DNA of 64,000 nt from Squalus acanthias (lineage: Eukaryota): the NCBI GenBank assembly GCA_030390025.1, contig CM059436.1, forward strand, positions 38,130,001 to 38,194,000. The letters run 5' to 3'. The notes under the pieces were generated by a model. The model was not told the origin of the DNA, made no database searches, and was given only the letters and a program-made list of their open reading frames with translations. Both the position numbers and the translations under genes were made by a program. The stretch's first letter is position 1, and the number at the start of each line of letters is the position of its first letter. Of this stretch, positions 11,462-23,665 are shown in pieces.

Positions 11462-13539
11462 TGGCTGGCCGTGAGATGCCCTGATGGCTACATATGTCCA
11501 GTCAATCATGCCCTACACTTGGGGAAAGTCAATCATAGCAGCGTAGCCCAAGGCTCTCTCATTCTGACTGTGTTCATCTGTCCCGAAAGAAATGTATTGA
11601 ATGGCCCTGGTAAATAGTACCTCTGTGACCTGCCTGATGCATTGGTGGGTGCCTGACTGTGATATTCTTGAGATGTCCTCCCCCTGCCAGCCTGGAAGGA
11701 TTCAGGGGCATAAAAGTTGAGGGCGGTTGTTACTTTTACTGCCACTGGCATGGCATGGCCGTCTAGTCCAGCAGGCAGCAAGTCTTCTTCCAGGAGGCTG
11801 AAGAGGTCAGTGTTGACCTGCCCGGACAATCTCAGCCTCCTGAGGCACTGCTCCTCAGACAGGTCCAGGAGGGTAAACCTTGGCCTGTATACCTTGAGAG
11901 GTGGGTAAGGCCTACTGCGAGCAGACCCCCCTCACCTGCTGTCTTTTCTAAGGCCTTGCTGCAGCTCCTGCTTCTTCTTGAGTTCTCTGTTCCTGCTGCA
12001 CTTGCTGCTGCTCTTCTTCTTCCTCCTGCTCCATCCAGTACAGGCCAGCTAAAGCAGCATCCATGCTTAGTTTTTCTGGCTGCAGTTGAGTAGGGATGCG
12101 GAAAAAATTGCAGAAATCCAACAAAAAACATAATAAAAACAAGCTCACAGCCAGGTTTACTCGAGCAAGCAATTTCATCTCCTTCCCCATGGACAACTAA
12201 CAGCAGCATGGAACCAGCAGAGTAATTATTGATTCAGGTGCCTGCATCAATCCGGGCTGTCCTGCAATAAGCCCACCTAAGTTGTCAAGGACTGTGGGAA
12301 TTTGCTGCGATTGGCACAACTTGCCATGCAAGTGGCATCATCATGGTGGCCCCAGGCATGGCAAACAGACCAGTAGGAGAAGCAGGAGTAGCCTAAATAC
12401 ACTTCAGAAGAAAACCCACTGCCAGCTGTGAATGCTATCATGAAATTCTCAAATAAGAGAGCTTCTCTTAACTTGGAAAATTGTCCACTGCATTAACAGT
12501 CCTGTTTATACCCTCTTCATGCCATCCATAACTATGTCTTCATCTGTAGTGTCGCACCTTTTCCACACATCTCACAAATCTCTCATTCATGCTACCTAAT
12601 AAAAACAGCCACTAAATCTTTGCAATAATATTCCCTGCATACACAACTTTAGTACGGACAATTTTTTAATAACCAATCGTAGCCTACTGTTGAATACCAC
12701 AGTGCATCCCCTTGAGGAGGCAGCTATGTCTACATAGCAGCCTCTTGGGATTGAGGTGGCCTTCACCTCCTGGCAGCTGGGGTCTGAGATATACCAGTTG
12801 CACACTATGGCACTTCCACTACTGCATGGGCCTGTATGCTTTTTGGCAGATGGTTAGAGGCTCCGGATGTGTTGGTGCCCTGGGACACAGCAGCATCACC
12901 CTTGCCATATCCAGCCATGCCACTCCTACCGGGCGCAGCAAGTGGCTGCTGGGATGCATCCATTGTCATGCGGCTGCCCGCAGCCCCTGTGCAAGTCAGG
13001 TGCCTTCCCACGGATCCTGCTAACTCCAGCAGAATCAGCTCTTAAAGGGCATTGGCGTGTGTGATCTCGGCATAACTGCTGGGATCACAACCTGCAGTAC
13101 TTTGGGCCCTCACTGTCTAAGTTCACAGTTGAAGAATGGCCACTTGGAAGAGTCATGGCGGGCAACCAGGACCCATGTAACTATACCCAACACAAGACAC
13201 AACTTTCAGAAGAGGAAGGGAATGAAAAATGAGGAAATAGATATTGTTCACCACACTGTACACTCTTGAAACTATGGGCTAGATCTTCTGCTGATTTTAT
13301 TTTGTGTAATTCAAATTGGCGGGGGTAGGAAATGTCTCGAGGATGTGCTCCACTCTGTCTCTCCCCATTTTTAAATAGTTTTGATATTTTGCTAGACGTG
13401 ATGTCGGGTACAGGAAGTGCCCCCCCCTACCCCCCACCAACCTGCCAATGGAAATCTTTAAATTAATGCACAATGGAACAGTGAGATTGTGCGTCATATT
13501 TTCCATCATTGCACATTCATTTACAAGTGTCATAAGGGA

Positions 13540-13720
13540 TACCTGAATAAAACAGACAGACCCCATGACCATGCATAGAGGTCAAATGGAAGGGATTTCT
13601 AACATGTACAATGCATTGATTTGAGAAAATGCTGGAAAATCTCTGCTGAACAATTGTTTAATTTGTTGGCACTTGCCCACTGACTTCTCCACCTCCTCGG
13701 AGGCCTCAGGAAGGTTGATT
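13540..13720 (-). pseudogene. HARBI1-like transposase fragment
   Basis: Degraded FPAFSQINALYM and GYPL-type (aagggatacc on +) segments resembling other Harbinger copies. Confidence 0.4.
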
Positions 13721-13972
13721 CCCCTAACTGCAGTCTGTCCCAGACCTGTATTATGCAGGAAATGCACATGAGCAGACAGAGCATGAAAGGGTGATGACAA
13801 ATGCTGCAAACAAACTGAAACATCTTCGATATGCCTTTGAAGGTGGGGTGGGGGGGGTGGCATGCAGGTACGGTCGGAAGGGAAAATTCATTTGCAGGTG
13901 ACAGGTGGGAGGACAAAGTTGTTAGTGGATACTGACCCACATCCTTGTGCTCTGTTGAAGCCATGAAACACA

Positions 13973-15530
13973 GGGGCTGATTTTAACTCCCCGAAATCGA
14001 CGTTAGCGGATGTAACAGCCTCGGTAATGCTGATGTTCTGGCTGCCACCATTTTGAAAGGGGCTTGCCCATGGGCAGCCGAAGTGCCCGCCTGTTTCGGG
14101 CGATAGGCCTCCTTACTGTGCAAACTGGGGTAATATAATGTAGTCGGGACCCCGCTAGCAAATTTATGGGACAGGTGTGCCGCGCATGCTGCGTCCATGT
14201 GTCCTGGCGTTGAGTGGCCTAAGCAACAATCCGTAAAGGGATAGCTGCTGGCTGCTCCAAAAACAGCCCCAAAACATTCTCCACGTTATATTTTGTGTAG
14301 CCAGAAAGAGCAGCAGTGTTCCTTCTGGCTCCACAAAGATACTGCAGGCCCGCTGCCTTCCCAGCTCACCACCCCTCCCCCGCTTCACCACCCGCCACGA
14401 TTTAGCTGTGGGCTGGCTCAGCGTCAGGGCCGGCTGGAATTCCTAAGGCCCCAAACAAGTGAGCTGCATCGCGATGTCCCGTTAGTGCCCTCAGCTTGCT
14501 CATTCTATTTCAATTAGGCCTAGGCCTCAAAATGGTTTTGGCCTCTTCACTCCTAGAACTGGCAAGCAGCTGGCATGCTCCACCGGTCAGCTGGCACGCT
14601 CCACCGGTCAGCTGTAAAGCTCCACCAGTCAGCTGGCACGCTCCACCGGTCAGCTGGCACGCTCCACCGGTCAGCTGGCACGCTCCACCGGTCAGCTGGC
14701 ACGCTCCACCGATCAGCTGGCACGCTCCATCGGTCAGCTGGCACGCTCCATCGGTCAGCTGGCACGCTCCACCGGTCAGCTGGCACGCTCCATCGGTCAG
14801 CTGGCACGCTCCACCGGTCAGCTGGCACGCTCCATCGGTCAGCTGGCATGCTTCACCGGTCAGCTGTAAAGCTCCACCGGTCAGCTGGCACGCTCCACCG
14901 GTCAGCTGGCACGCTCCACTGGTCAGCTGGCACGCTCCATCGGTCAGCTGGCATGCTTCACCGGTCAGCTGTAAAGCTCCACCGGTCAGCTGGCACGCTC
15001 CATCGGTCAGCTGGCCTGCTTCACCGGTCAGCTGTAAAGCTCCACCGGTCAGCTGGCATGCTCCATCGGTCAGCTGGCACGCTCCACCGGTCAGCTGGCA
15101 CGCTCCACCGGTCAGCTGGCACGCTCCATCGGTCAGCTGGCACGCTCCACCGGTCAGCTGCCCAAAAATTAAAATCTACCTGACAGTAAGGAAATGACAC
15201 AAATATCTGGACAGAGTATTTTTGCAGCATGTAGCGGAATGTGGGCCCTTTTACCTTACCTAGCTTTGTGAGGTCATTAAACTTCTTCTGGCATTGCACA
15301 GCTGTTCAAGGTGGTGTGGGGGTGCTTACCGCTTGTGTCCCTGTTACTATATTATCTTTCAGCCTTTTGGTTTGTGCTGCCTGCTCCCTTAAGGTGCTGC
15401 AAGAATTTAAATCCTGCAGTGTACCAGTCTTTCCATGTCCACAGCACAAGACACCAATCCTGACAGAAGTCCGGTCATCGTTATTAAAATTAGCAGGCTC
15501 CGAGAGTGCGTAGGATGTCGGAATCCACTA
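13973..15530. mobile_element. Degraded Harbinger-type element containing the 21-bp minisatellite
   Basis: Terminus ggggctgattttaac with subterminal sequence shared with the 40260 copy (ccattttgaaaggggc); minus-strand Myb exon QCQKKFNDLTKLGK|GT at ~15254-15436. Confidence 0.55.
14567..15160. repeat. 21-bp minisatellite, ~28 copies (cagctggcacgctccaccggt)
   Basis: Head-to-tail units with recurring variants cagctgtaaagctcc and ctccatcggt; no spacers. Confidence 0.97.
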
Positions 15531-15869
15531 GCCATATGTGTGCAATCTTACATAACAGTTTTGCAGTTCACCATGAAGCATTTAACAATTGTGGAGATTC
15601 TTCTATAGATGCTCAGACTACAGCCGTAGAGACTCAGCACAACAGAGTCGAATAGGCTCTCTCTTCCAGCTTTGATGTTCTTGGGGATCACCTAGTGTGA
15701 ATCGTGAGGCAGGGCTTTACTGATCTCATTGGTGCCATCAGATTTGCTGTCACGTTGACCATTGATCGTGGTAAAGAAGTGCCCAGCAGCAGAGGCATGG
15801 CTGCAACGAGTACTGTCTCTCAGGATGGCCACACCTAGATCCTTCTGCCAGCCCTTCTGATGAGGGACA

Positions 15870-16354
15870 GTGGCAGCATGGATACGAAATTGGCTAAGTG
15901 ACAGGAAACAGAGAGTGGTGGTGAACAGTTGTTTTTCGGACTGGAGGAAAGTATACAGTGGTGTTCCCCAGGGGTCAGTACTAGGACCACTGCTTTTCTT
16001 GATATAATTTAATGACTTGGATGTGGCACAATTTCAAAATTTGCAGATGACATAAAACTTGAAAGTATAGTGAACAATGAGGAGGATAGTGATAGACTTC
16101 AAGAGGACATAGACAGGCTGGTGGAATGGGCGGACATGTGGCAGATGAAATTTAACGCAGAAAAGTGCGAAGTGATACATTTTGGTAGGAAGAACAAGGA
16201 GATGCAATATAAACTAAAGGGTACAATCCTAAAGGGGGTGCATGAACAGAGAGACCTGGGGGTATATGTGCACAAATCGTTGAAGGTGGCAGGGCATGTT
16301 GAGAAAGCAGTTAAAAAAGCATATGGGATACGGGGCTTCATAAATAGAGACATA
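15870..16354 (+). mobile_element. CR1 LINE ORF2 fragment, 5' part (split by Harbinger insertion)
   Basis: [31 protein letters not shown]; ends at ..aaatagagacata and resumes at 19655. Confidence 0.9.
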
Positions 16355-16884
16355 GGGCTCGATTTTGCCAAGCACGAGGAGGCGGGTTTGGAGGCGTGCG
16401 AGGTGGTAAAATCACTAAAAATGGCGGGCGGGCCCGATCCCGCCTCCATCCCGCCTCCGAGCAATTTTCCCAAATGCGTGTTTTCTGACCCCCTTTCCAT
16501 CCCGCCTCCAAGAGGTGGGATAGGCCCTTAAGGCCCTTAACAACCACTTAATTGCCTCTATTATCCCATTTTGAGAGGCCTTTCCGATTTTTAGACATTT
16601 CCCCCATCCTCCACGCCTCCTCTGGAACACGCCAGGTAATCCTGGCGGCTTCACAATTGGATTGCTTACTAACAGTTGCAGCTCCACCATTACAAAGGAG
16701 TTTTCACCGATGATCATTTGCAGGTGGCAGAACTTTGTTGTCTCAGGTCTGGGCGAACTTTTAGCAGGTCTACTCATTGTTGTGGAAGTTTGGAGCCTGA
16801 CACCCATCTCCAGTGTGACCTCCTGGGAAACCCCTCTCCCCACCTTGTCTGAGCGCTTCCTCAACTGAGGCATATACCAGAAGC

Positions 16885-17110
16885 ATGGCGACCATTTCAT
16901 TCCTTTCCTCCTGGACATCAGATTCGGATGCAGACCAGCCGCGGCAGCAGCAGAACCATGAACAACAGCAGCACCACCAGCAGGAGTATCAACAGGAGCG
17001 CCAAGCTGCTAGTCACCCACCTGAAGCTGCACAGGCCAGAAGGCGCCAGCATGCGACAACATTGCTGCCCGGGATGCAAGGGACGCACTCATCTTGACCA
17101 GATTTGGTGA
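16885..17110 (+). pseudogene. Harbinger transposase remnant (Q-rich N-terminus joined to extreme C-terminus; DDE core deleted)
   Basis: MATISFLSSW..QQQNHEQQQHHQQ followed, in a shifted frame, by AARDARDALILTRF; convergent with the Myb gene. Confidence 0.6.
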
Positions 17111-17369
17111 GCCTGCACAATCAAACACTTTTATCTTGCACCTTCTTACCAGAGCATCGACAATGGACAAGAACCTACGGATTCCTATCACTCTGACCGC
17201 CATACTGACGATTGCAAGGCGCCCTAAGCCCTCAATGTGAAAGTCCCATGTGCAAAATGACACAGGCCACAACTTCAACAGTTTGCCATCAAATCTGTTT
17301 ATAATACAATGACAATGATGGCTGGTCCAAATACAAAACATCACAGCATCCAAGTGACTACCCTTGTGA

Positions 17370-19374
17370 CTACTTGTGCTTTATCTTCCTCTTACGCGTG
17401 CTCCTACGTGGTGCTACCCCTGTGGCTACAGCAGATGTGGAGGCCCCTTGCTCACTTTCTAGCTGCTCCTGTCTCGACGCCTTTGGCGGCCGTCCTCTGG
17501 GGTTTCGAGCCTGTGAGGGCTCGGCAACAGTCTGTTGCTCCTGCGGCTGTGCAGGGGATGAGACGCCCATCTCAGTTGGGTGAGGACTCTGGTGGGGCTC
17601 TGACCGAGGGCTCTGCAGTGGCATGGTCGTGTGAGCGCTTGGAGAGGAGCCTCCACTTCCTTGTTCTCTGCCACCAACATCCCTCTCATGGGTCAGCCCC
17701 ACTTCAGAACTAGCAAGTGGCTTGACCGCACCTTGTTGCACTTCAGGGGGGCCATGAGGATCCGTTTCTGCACTGGAAGTCCTACTCCAGAGGACTTCCA
17801 TGAAGGTCTGGTTTGTATGCTCAATAGCTGACCATCGCTCCTCAAGAGATGTCATTCTATCCTGAACAATTACCATGTTTTCCATACCCTGGCGACTAAG
17901 CTCCTCCATGGCCGTAGCTAACCTCTCCTCTACCGTAGCCATCCTCTCCTCTACGGTAGCCAGCCTTACCACAGAGTTAGCCATCCTTTCCAAGGAGGTT
18001 GCCATCCTTTCCAAGGAGGTTGCCATCCTTTCTGCGGTGATGCGTTCATGCGCCAATGCCTCCACAAAGGCTCTGCTCATGTTTGCGATGGACTCTTCCA
18101 TTCGTTCCACACTCGTAGCGACCCTGGAGACAAAACCTGCCAGAGACTCCTGCACCTGTTCCTGGAGTTCCAGCACCGCTCTCCTTCTGGATGGACACGG
18201 AGGCACAGGGTCGACATGCAGCTGAGCCAAGCTGGCAGAGTCCTGCGCCCCCCAACGAGGACTCTCCACTGCTGATCCTGTCTCCACCATCTGCTGATGC
18301 TCACTTGTGAGCTGTGATACACCAGGTGCCAACACTACTCTATCTCGCGAAGGTCCCACCGAGGTGTGAGTGTCTGCACTGGTGCTGGGTGTGCTGAATT
18401 CTGCTGACGCTGCACCCTCAGAGGTTGTAGCTTCCTCTGAGGAGTCTGGAAGCTCAGGCTCTTCCTCCTGGACAGTAGGGATGGGAGCTTTCGATGGTCC
18501 TGTGGGGGAGTAAAGGAAAGAGTTAGAGATGTGAGGTCAAGGTTACATGCACATTGAATTGTGCAGATAAGTCAATCTGTTAGAGCATCAGAGTCATTAT
18601 CAGTGACTCATGCAATGTCAATGAGAGAGATGCCAAACTATTCTGTCACCAGCTTGCTGTGATGCGCCTGTCTGTCCGTCCCCCACTTGGGTATCGTCCT
18701 CGATCCCAGCGATTTCCAGGGCCGCCTCCTCCCAGGGGGTGAGCTGGGCTACTGAGGGTGGCCCTCCTCCTGTCATGGCTCTTTCCCTCTTATTGTGGGC
18801 TCTCTTTTCCTGCAATGAGGGACACAAGTGGAGTTTGAGTGAGAATGATGGAGTGAGTGTAGAGAATCCATAGCATAGATGCTTAGAAGGAGACAAAGGA
18901 CCCTCCCTGTGTGTTGTAAGTTGTTGTTGTTGATATTGCATCACAGTGACAGGGAGTGTGAGGGCTGCATGGTCGAATAGTTAAGTGAATATGACCATAG
19001 AGAGAGAGGGAATGGGTACGGGTGCAGGGATGTAAGTGTCAAGTGGGATGTGGAGCAAGAGGTTGGCAAAGCAGAGTGCTGGTGAGGAGAGGCCATGGGG
19101 ATCAGATTGAGGGTGATGGGAAAGTCATACTCACTTTTTCTGTGCGGAGAAGGTCATGAAACCTCTTCCTGCATTGCAGCCAGGTTCTGCGGCTCATTGA
19201 AATGGAGTTCACCTCCTCGGCCAGTTGCAGCCACACAACTTTTGTCTGCTGGGGTGGCTTTTTTCTCCCTGAGGAAGGGAACAGCACCTCCTTATTACAT
19301 CTGGCTCCGTGCACCAGAGCTTGGAGGGAGGGCTTATCAAACCGAGGTGCAGACTTTTGCTTGATCGTGGACAT
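17370..19374 (-). CDS. Intact three-exon Harbinger Myb/SANT-like DNA-binding protein with heptad coiled coil (509 aa predicted)
   Basis: Exons 19374-19135 (APRFDKPSLQALV..WLQCRKRFHDL), 18809-18650 (KRAHNKRERAMTGGGPP) and 18499-17370; GT-AG sites with matching phases 0 and 1; 1530 nt, no internal stop. Confidence 0.82.
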
Positions 19375-19654
19375 TGTTGGGAAATCAACTCCTTCATACA
19401 ATTTGCAAAGCGTTTGCAGTCTCCAGAAGAAGCAAGGCTGCTTACAGGCCTTAAATCCAGCAGCATTGATGACGTCATCGGAGGTGACTTTCTGTATGAA
19501 AAGACTCAATGGGCCAGGGGTTCCCACACACAGGAAATCAATTGCCCAATTAGGGGAAAATCCCACTTTTTCAACACTTCACTTAGGAGTCGGGGTCCTT
19601 ACACGATTTCCACCTGACACGCCCCAGCCCGCCCACACTGGCAAAATCCAGCCC

Positions 19655-20260
19655 ATAGAGTACAAAAGCAAGGAAGTTATGATGAACCTTTATAAAACAC
19701 TGGTTCGGCCTCAACTGGAGTATTGTGTCCAATTCTGGGCACTGCACTTTAGGAAGGATGTGAAGGCCTTAGAGAGGGTGCAGAAAAGATTTACGAGAAT
19801 GATTTCAGGGATGAGGGACTTCAGTTACTTGGATAGACTGGAGAAGCTGGGGTTGTTCTCCTTAGAGCAGAGAAGATTGAGAGGAGATTTGATAGAGGTG
19901 TTCAAAATCATGAGGGGTCTAGACAGAGTAGCTAGAGAGAAACTGTTCCCATTGTCGGAAGGGCCGAGAACCAGAGGACACAGATTTAAGGTGATTGGCA
20001 AAAGAACCAAAGGCGACATGAGGAAAAACTTTTTTACGCAGCGAGTGGTTAGGATCTGGAATTCACTGCCTGAAAGGGTGGTGGAGGCAGACTCAATCGT
20101 GACTTTCAAAAGGGAATTGGATAAGTACCTGAAGGAAAAAAAATTTGCAGGGCTACGGGGAAAGGGCGGGGGAGTGAGACTAGCTGAAGTGCTCTTGCAG
20201 AGAGCCGGCATGGGCTCGATGGGCTGAATGGCTTCCTGCTGTGCTGTAACGATTCTATGA
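19655..20260 (+). mobile_element. CR1 LINE 3' part (continuation of 15870-16354)
   Basis: IEYKSKEVMMNLYKTLVRPQLEYCVQFW..FFTQRVVRIWNSLP; CR1 tail ending attctatga. Confidence 0.92.
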
Positions 20261-20459
20261 TGTCAGGACATGTGGCAACAAGTGTGCAGGGCCAGGCCAC
20301 CCTGATAGTTGTGGCGAAGGTTACAGTGGAGCTATCTCAGGCTCCAGCTACCAGGATGAAAGTCACATCAACTCCAAGAGGCTCTTGTGGACACACAGCA
20401 ACCAGCCACCTCAGACAATCCTGCCCTTGAATTAGATTTTGTCATCAAATGGCTCTTGC

Positions 20460-20820
20460 AGCAGCGAGTGGACTGTCTTTTGCAGTTTCTTCAGGCCCTT
20501 CTGCTCTTCTTGCTGGTTATCTTGTTGCAGCTAAATGTCTTTTTCCTTTAGGGCCTCCATGATGATGCCTTTTTGCAGGACAAACTTGTGCAGCATGCAA
20601 AAGATCCTTGACCCCTTAGCCGGACGATACTGCAGGCTTGCTCCAGGCCTATGCAAGTACCTGAAGCATTGCTTCAACATACCAATAGTGTGCTCTACTG
20701 TCTCTCTGATGTATAGCTGCACCGTATTATACCTGTTTTAAGCCGCGTCTTTGCATTTAATAAAAGTAACAGGAGCCGTAGCTGCAGAGAATAACCTGGA
20801 TTGTCCAGGAGCCCCTTGCC
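20460..20820 (-). pseudogene. HARBI1-like transposase C-terminal fragment
   Basis: RETVEHTIGMLKQCFRYLHRPGASLQYRPAKGSRIFCMLHKF (E-x-x-IG-x-LK-x-RF motif). Confidence 0.7.
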
Positions 20821-20841
20821 TTTGTGGATGAGTCAAATCAG

Positions 20842-22052
20842 AGAAGTTTACAGCACAGAAGGAGGCCATTCGGCCCATCGTGTCTGTGCCAGCCAAAAAA
20901 GAGCTTTCCAGCCAAATCCCACTTTCTAGCTCTTGGTCCGTAGCCTTGTAGGTTATGACACTTCAAGTGCATATCCAAGTACTTTTTAAATGTGTTGAGG
21001 ATTTCTGCCTCTACCACCCTTTCAGGCAGTGAGTTTCAGACCACCACCACCCTCTGGGTGAAAGAATTTCTCCTCAACTCCCCTCTAATCCTTCTACCAA
21101 TTACTTTAATTCTATGCCTCTCTGGTTATTGACCTCTCTGCTAAGGGAAATAGGTCCTTCCTATCCACTCTATCTAGGCCCCTCATAATTTTATACACCT
21201 CAATTATATCCCCTCTTAGCCTCCTCTGTTCCAAAGAAAACAACCCCAGCCTATCCAATCTTTCCTCATTACTAAAATTCTCCAGTCCTAGCAACATCCT
21301 CGTAAATCTCCTCTGTACCCTCTCTCGTGCAATCACATCTTTCTGTAATGTGGTAACCAGAACTGTACGCAGTACTCTAGCTGTAGCCTAACTAGTATTT
21401 TATACAGTTCTAGCATAACCTTCCTGCTCTTATATTGTATGCCTCAGCTAATAAAGGAAAGTATCCCGTATGCTTTCTTAACCACTTTATCTACCTGTCC
21501 TGCTACCTTTAGGGATTTGTGGACATGCACTCCAAGGTCCCTCTGTTCCTCTACACCTCTCAGTATCCCACCTTTTATTGTGTATTCCCTTGTCTTGTTA
21601 GCCCTCCCCAAAATGCATTACCTCACACTTCTCCAGATTGAATTCCATTTGCCACTTTTCTGCCCACCTGACCAGTCCATTGATATCTTCCTGCAGTCTA
21701 CAGCTTTCTTCCTCACTATCAACCACACAGCCAATTTTTGTATCATCTGCAAACTTCTTAATCATGCCCCCAACATTGAAGTCTAAATCATTGATATATA
21801 TCACAAAAAGCAAGGGACTTAGTACTGAGCCCTGTGGAACCCCACTGGAAACAGCCTTTCAGTCACAAAAACACCCATCGACCATTACCCTTTTCTTCCT
21901 GCCACTGAGCCAATTTTGGATCCGACATGCCACTTTCCTTTGGATCCCATGGGCTTTTACTTATCTGACCAGTCTGCCATGTGGGACCTTGTCAAAAGTC
22001 TTGCTAAAATCCATGTAGACTACATCAAATGCGCTACCCTCATCGACCCTCC
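20842..22052 (-). mobile_element. CR1 LINE 3' fragment
   Basis: YINDLD..KFADD..WQMEFN (21598-21813); ERVQRRFTRM..RRLRGD (21112-21336); CR1 3' UTR. Confidence 0.92.
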
Positions 22053-22794
22053 TTTTTAGTGGAATTATTAGTGGAACAGTGAAATGTAGAGCACATTAAA
22101 TACAGTAATACAGGCTGAGAGATCAACGATTTGTGTAAAGGACTTGGGATAGATAAATAACTTTTAGTTTAATGCCTTGAAATAGAATATATACCAATGA
22201 AGGTTGGGCTTTCGTTATTTATAATTACTCGGTACTATGTACATGCAGCCCAGCAAAACCAAAACCATCCCTAAATATTTTCAGATTTGTATCTTAATAT
22301 AATTTTTAATCCTATAAAAAAGGAGAAAATTCATTATAAATAAAAGGATCTGTGATCTCACAGCTACAGAATCAAGTTTCCCATTGCACTATGTATGAAA
22401 CTACTGTAACTAGGAGATGAAAAGTGAATGGAGTTGTTCAAGCACTGACTTCATTAATGACATCACTCTCATTTGAAAAAAAACTATAATATGACCACCT
22501 GCTGCGATTAAATCTGAGTCAAAATGGAATAAATACTAGTTTGCTTTCAGCAAGTGCAGAATTAATTTTTCATGATGCTTAGGTCACTATATTAAATGTC
22601 ACAGTATTTTTTCTTCTTTAAAGTGTTGAAATAATGTGCATTTATCACTGAGGTTCTGTGCTTCAAAAATTATGCAAAAAACTGGTTAATGTTTTTTAAC
22701 TAAAGAAGTCTTACGTTCCAAGATTTCAATATTGTATTTTTTTTAATTAAGTCTTTTATTGCATTTACAAGGTAAACCAATAGATATTGATTTA

Positions 22795-23075
22795 ATAAGA
22801 ACAACAATTTGCATTTATATAGCACCTTTTAAAGTGGTGAGGTGTAAAGATAAAAATGGGCCCCAAGCCAAAAGAAGGAGAGATTAGGAGGGGTGACCAA
22901 AAGCTTGGTCAAAGAGGTTTTAAGGAGGGGTTTAGAGATGGAATTCCAGAAAGTGGGATGTATGCGGTTGAAGGCACGACCACCAATAGTGGGGCAAAGG
23001 GAGGGCGGCGCACAGAAAGCCAGAGTCAGAGAATTTGGTGGGAAGGTTGGGTTGTCACGCTGGAGAAGGTTACAA
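22795..23075 (-). mobile_element. Old LINE (L2-like) 3' fragment
   Basis: TIGGRAF..P..WNS..P motif in ORF 22829-23182; tail shared with the SINE 3' ends (ttgcatttatatagcac on +). Confidence 0.5.
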
Positions 23076-23295
23076 AGGGTAGTAGTAATCTGGAATTCTC
23101 TCCCCCAAAAAGCTGTGGATACTGGGACAATCGAAGCTTTCAAGACTGAGCTCAATAGATTTTTGTTAGGTAAGGGTATCACAGGATATGGAGCTAAGGT
23201 GGGTCAACGGAGTAAAGGTGCAGATCAGCCATGATCTAATTGAATGACGGAGCAGGCTCGAGAGGCTGAATGGCCTACTCCTGTTCCTATGTTCC
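23075..23295 (+). mobile_element. Short CR1 3' end
   Basis: QRVVVIWNSLPQKAVD; gagcaggctcgagaggctgaatggcctactcctgttcctatg stem-loop tail. Confidence 0.85.
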
Positions 23296-23529
23296 AGAGA
23301 TAGGGAGGGGCGAGGCAATGGACTGATTTAACAATAAGAAGTACAGTAAAGTTTCCAGGCCCAAGTACAGCGGGCCTATCAACTAGTAAGAATATGGAGA
23401 TGGGACTGTTTATCCCTTTTTTAGGCTTAAGCACCTCTGTTTACATTCGGTTAGGTGTTTCTAGAGGCAGGCTGCTGAGTGGGGATTTTGCATGGGTGGA
23501 ATAATGCCTAGTTTCAGAACTTCTGAGAC

Positions 23530-23665
23530 CTTGCTGTGTGCAAATTGGCTGCCATGTTTCCCTGCATTACAACAATGAATACACTTTAAAAATACTTCAT
23601 TGGCTGTGAAGTGCTTTGGGATATCTTGAGGTCATGAAAGGTGCTATATAAATGCAAATTGTTTT
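23530..23665 (+). mobile_element. Deu-SINE 3' fragment
   Basis: Matches the 3' part of the 2843-3300 SINE (caaattggctgcc..tacttcattggctgtgaag..aaatgcaa). Confidence 0.65.

Larger units (their letters stand above)
8460..12100. mobile_element. Degraded PIF/Harbinger transposon (Myb/SANT exon on +, HARBI1-like transposase on -), interrupted by an RTE LINE
   Basis: 8747-8985 (+): APRFSDTSLEVLL..RTWIQCWKRFNDLTRSEK|GT. Minus strand: AVKVTTALNFYA (11533-11829), FPQV*GMIDWTYVAIR, and CHPGSCHGSF..GWLLEDKGYPLLPWLMTP (9411-9626). Boundaries approximate. Confidence 0.8.
16355..19654. mobile_element. Non-autonomous PIF/Harbinger transposon, 3300 bp
   Basis: 16-bp TIRs GGGCTCGATTTTGCCA / TGGCAAAATCCAGCCC (15/16); 3-bp TSD ATA (16352-16354, 19655-19657); removal restores the CR1 sequence. 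Confidence 0.92.

Noticed and set aside
14496-15197. Long repetitive ORFs (WHAPPVS / LHRSAGT / PADRWSV) and a CRISPR-like appearance
   Set aside because: Stop-free by-products of a 21-bp tandem repeat; no unique spacers, no cas genes, eukaryotic context
19202-20227. 341-aa ORF as a novel fusion gene
   Set aside because: Chance read-through from the antisense Harbinger end across the TIR into the CR1 frame; 16070-16531 is the reciprocal artefact
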